From Octopus bimaculoides (taxonomy: Eukaryota): DNA of 64,000 bases. Position numbers and translations under genes: made by a program. Each line of letters starts with the position of its first letter. Position 1 is the stretch's first letter. Below, piece by piece: positions 62,776-64,000 of this stretch. The stretch is taken from NCBI RefSeq assembly GCF_001194135.2, contig NC_068997.1, positions 51,463,068 to 51,527,067 on the forward strand, given 5' to 3'. Below the pieces are notes generated by a model. That model saw nothing but the letters and a program-made list of their open reading frames with translations, was not told the DNA's origin and did not search any database.

Positions 62776-63840
62776 AGAGGATTTTTCTTTTCTCTTCAGC
62801 GTATAATGATTCTGTTATGTGTAGTGTTGCAGACGATATTTTAAAATTTGACTAAATATCAGTTTCTTATGCTATTAAACATGTATATGACTTTCATACA
62901 CCCAATTATTCAAAACAACATTTAATTTTGCTAACATATCTTCCTTTCTCTCTCTCTCTCATTTCCCCTTTCTCTCTCCTTTACACACACACACATAGAG
63001 AGAGAGAGAGAGGGGAGGAGATCATTACACTGTCCATCATATAATCATTATTAATTTTTTTTAGGTTCCCTCTCTATTAAAAATAGATTGAAATCTCTGC
63101 TGGCTGTTTTGTCGGTTGGTTTTGTTATTCGCTTCGTTATTTGTTATTTGCTTGGGTGGGTGGGTGAGGGTAGGTAGGCGGTTGGCTGGTTGGTTGGTTG
63201 GTACATTGGAGTGAGAAGAGTTTGGTAGAAAGTGTTAGATTAGGAACTGACAAGGAACCAGATGTGATGGTTTTATTTGTAGATCATCATCATCATCATC
63301 ATTGTAATCACCATCATTGTCTCACTCGTCATATGGGAATGCTCTGCAATATGTATTTATTTATTTATTTATTTATTTATGTACTTGTGGTTGTAAAAAC
63401 ACAAAACAGTTTATACGAATGTTTGTTCCTGCAGGGAGAGAGCGTACTTAAGGGAACCAAAAAAGAAATACGAAAGAAAGAATAGAAAAGAAAATTCGGT
63501 AAATAATGAGGAATGATGCAAAGAAGAGTGTAAGAGAATTAGGTAACAATTTTGAATTAAGGGGCGAAAAAGAAAAACAACAAAAGACAAAAAGTACCAA
63601 AAGGACTCCAGCTTTTCAGAGAGAAAATTTAGGGCAACAAGCAAAGACGAAAAGAGGGCAACAAATATGTGAGTGCGAGGGAAAGAGGTGGTTGGCTGGA
63701 AGAAGATGGAGTAGTTGAGTTTAGTTTTAAGGGGAGACGGGAGAGAAGGGAGATGTCGTTGTTTTCGGTACAGCAGCGTGGGTGTTTTTTTTTTAAAGGG
63801 GCGAGGATGTTGACTAAATATATGTGTATATATGTATAGT

Positions 63841-64000
63841 GAAAGCGCGTGGCTTAGTGGTTAGGGCGTTCGAACCACGATTGTAAGGTCGTGAGTTCAA
63901 TTCCCGGCGACGCGTTGTGTCCTTGAGCAAGACACTTTATTCCAAGTTGCTCCAGTCCACTCACCTGGCAGCAATGAGTTGTACCTGTAATTCAAAGGGG
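63841..64000 (+). mobile_element. SINE family C (runs off window end)
   Basis: gcgtggcttagtggttagggcg..gagttcaattcccgg..gtgtccttgagcaagacactttatt..cctgtaattcaaaggg. Confidence 0.88.

Overview
AT-rich eukaryotic genomic DNA, saturated with microsatellites and interrupted by about 15 N-gaps, most next to (TA)n or other simple repeats. The SINE families and repeat landscape match my recollection of Octopus (coleoid cephalopod) genomes; this assignment is inference. I find no confident host protein-coding exon, true tRNA/rRNA gene or CRISPR, so the window looks intergenic or like a large intron. Nearly all supplied ORFs come from microsatellites, N-runs, low-complexity tracts or SINE antisense frames. 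Main content: (1) over 20 copies of a tRNA-derived SINE with a Nin/Deu-like central domain (family A), including a head-to-tail dimer flanked by one 17-bp TSD; (2) a SINE with an internal microsatellite (family B) and CORE-like tRNA SINEs (C, D); (3) fossils of Tc1, mariner, hAT, MULE-like, Helentron-type, RTE, R4/Dong-like, Gypsy-like and possibly Penelope-like elements; (4) a local duplication of about 0.9-1.2 kb at 6.57 kb spacing; (5) several degenerate minimal type-I hammerhead-ribozyme motifs and (TA)n-embedded fold-back elements, suggesting a Penelope-related non-autonomous ribozyme-bearing repeat system. All copies seen here look mutated. Coordinates were counted by hand; repeat boundaries are approximate (about 10 bp).
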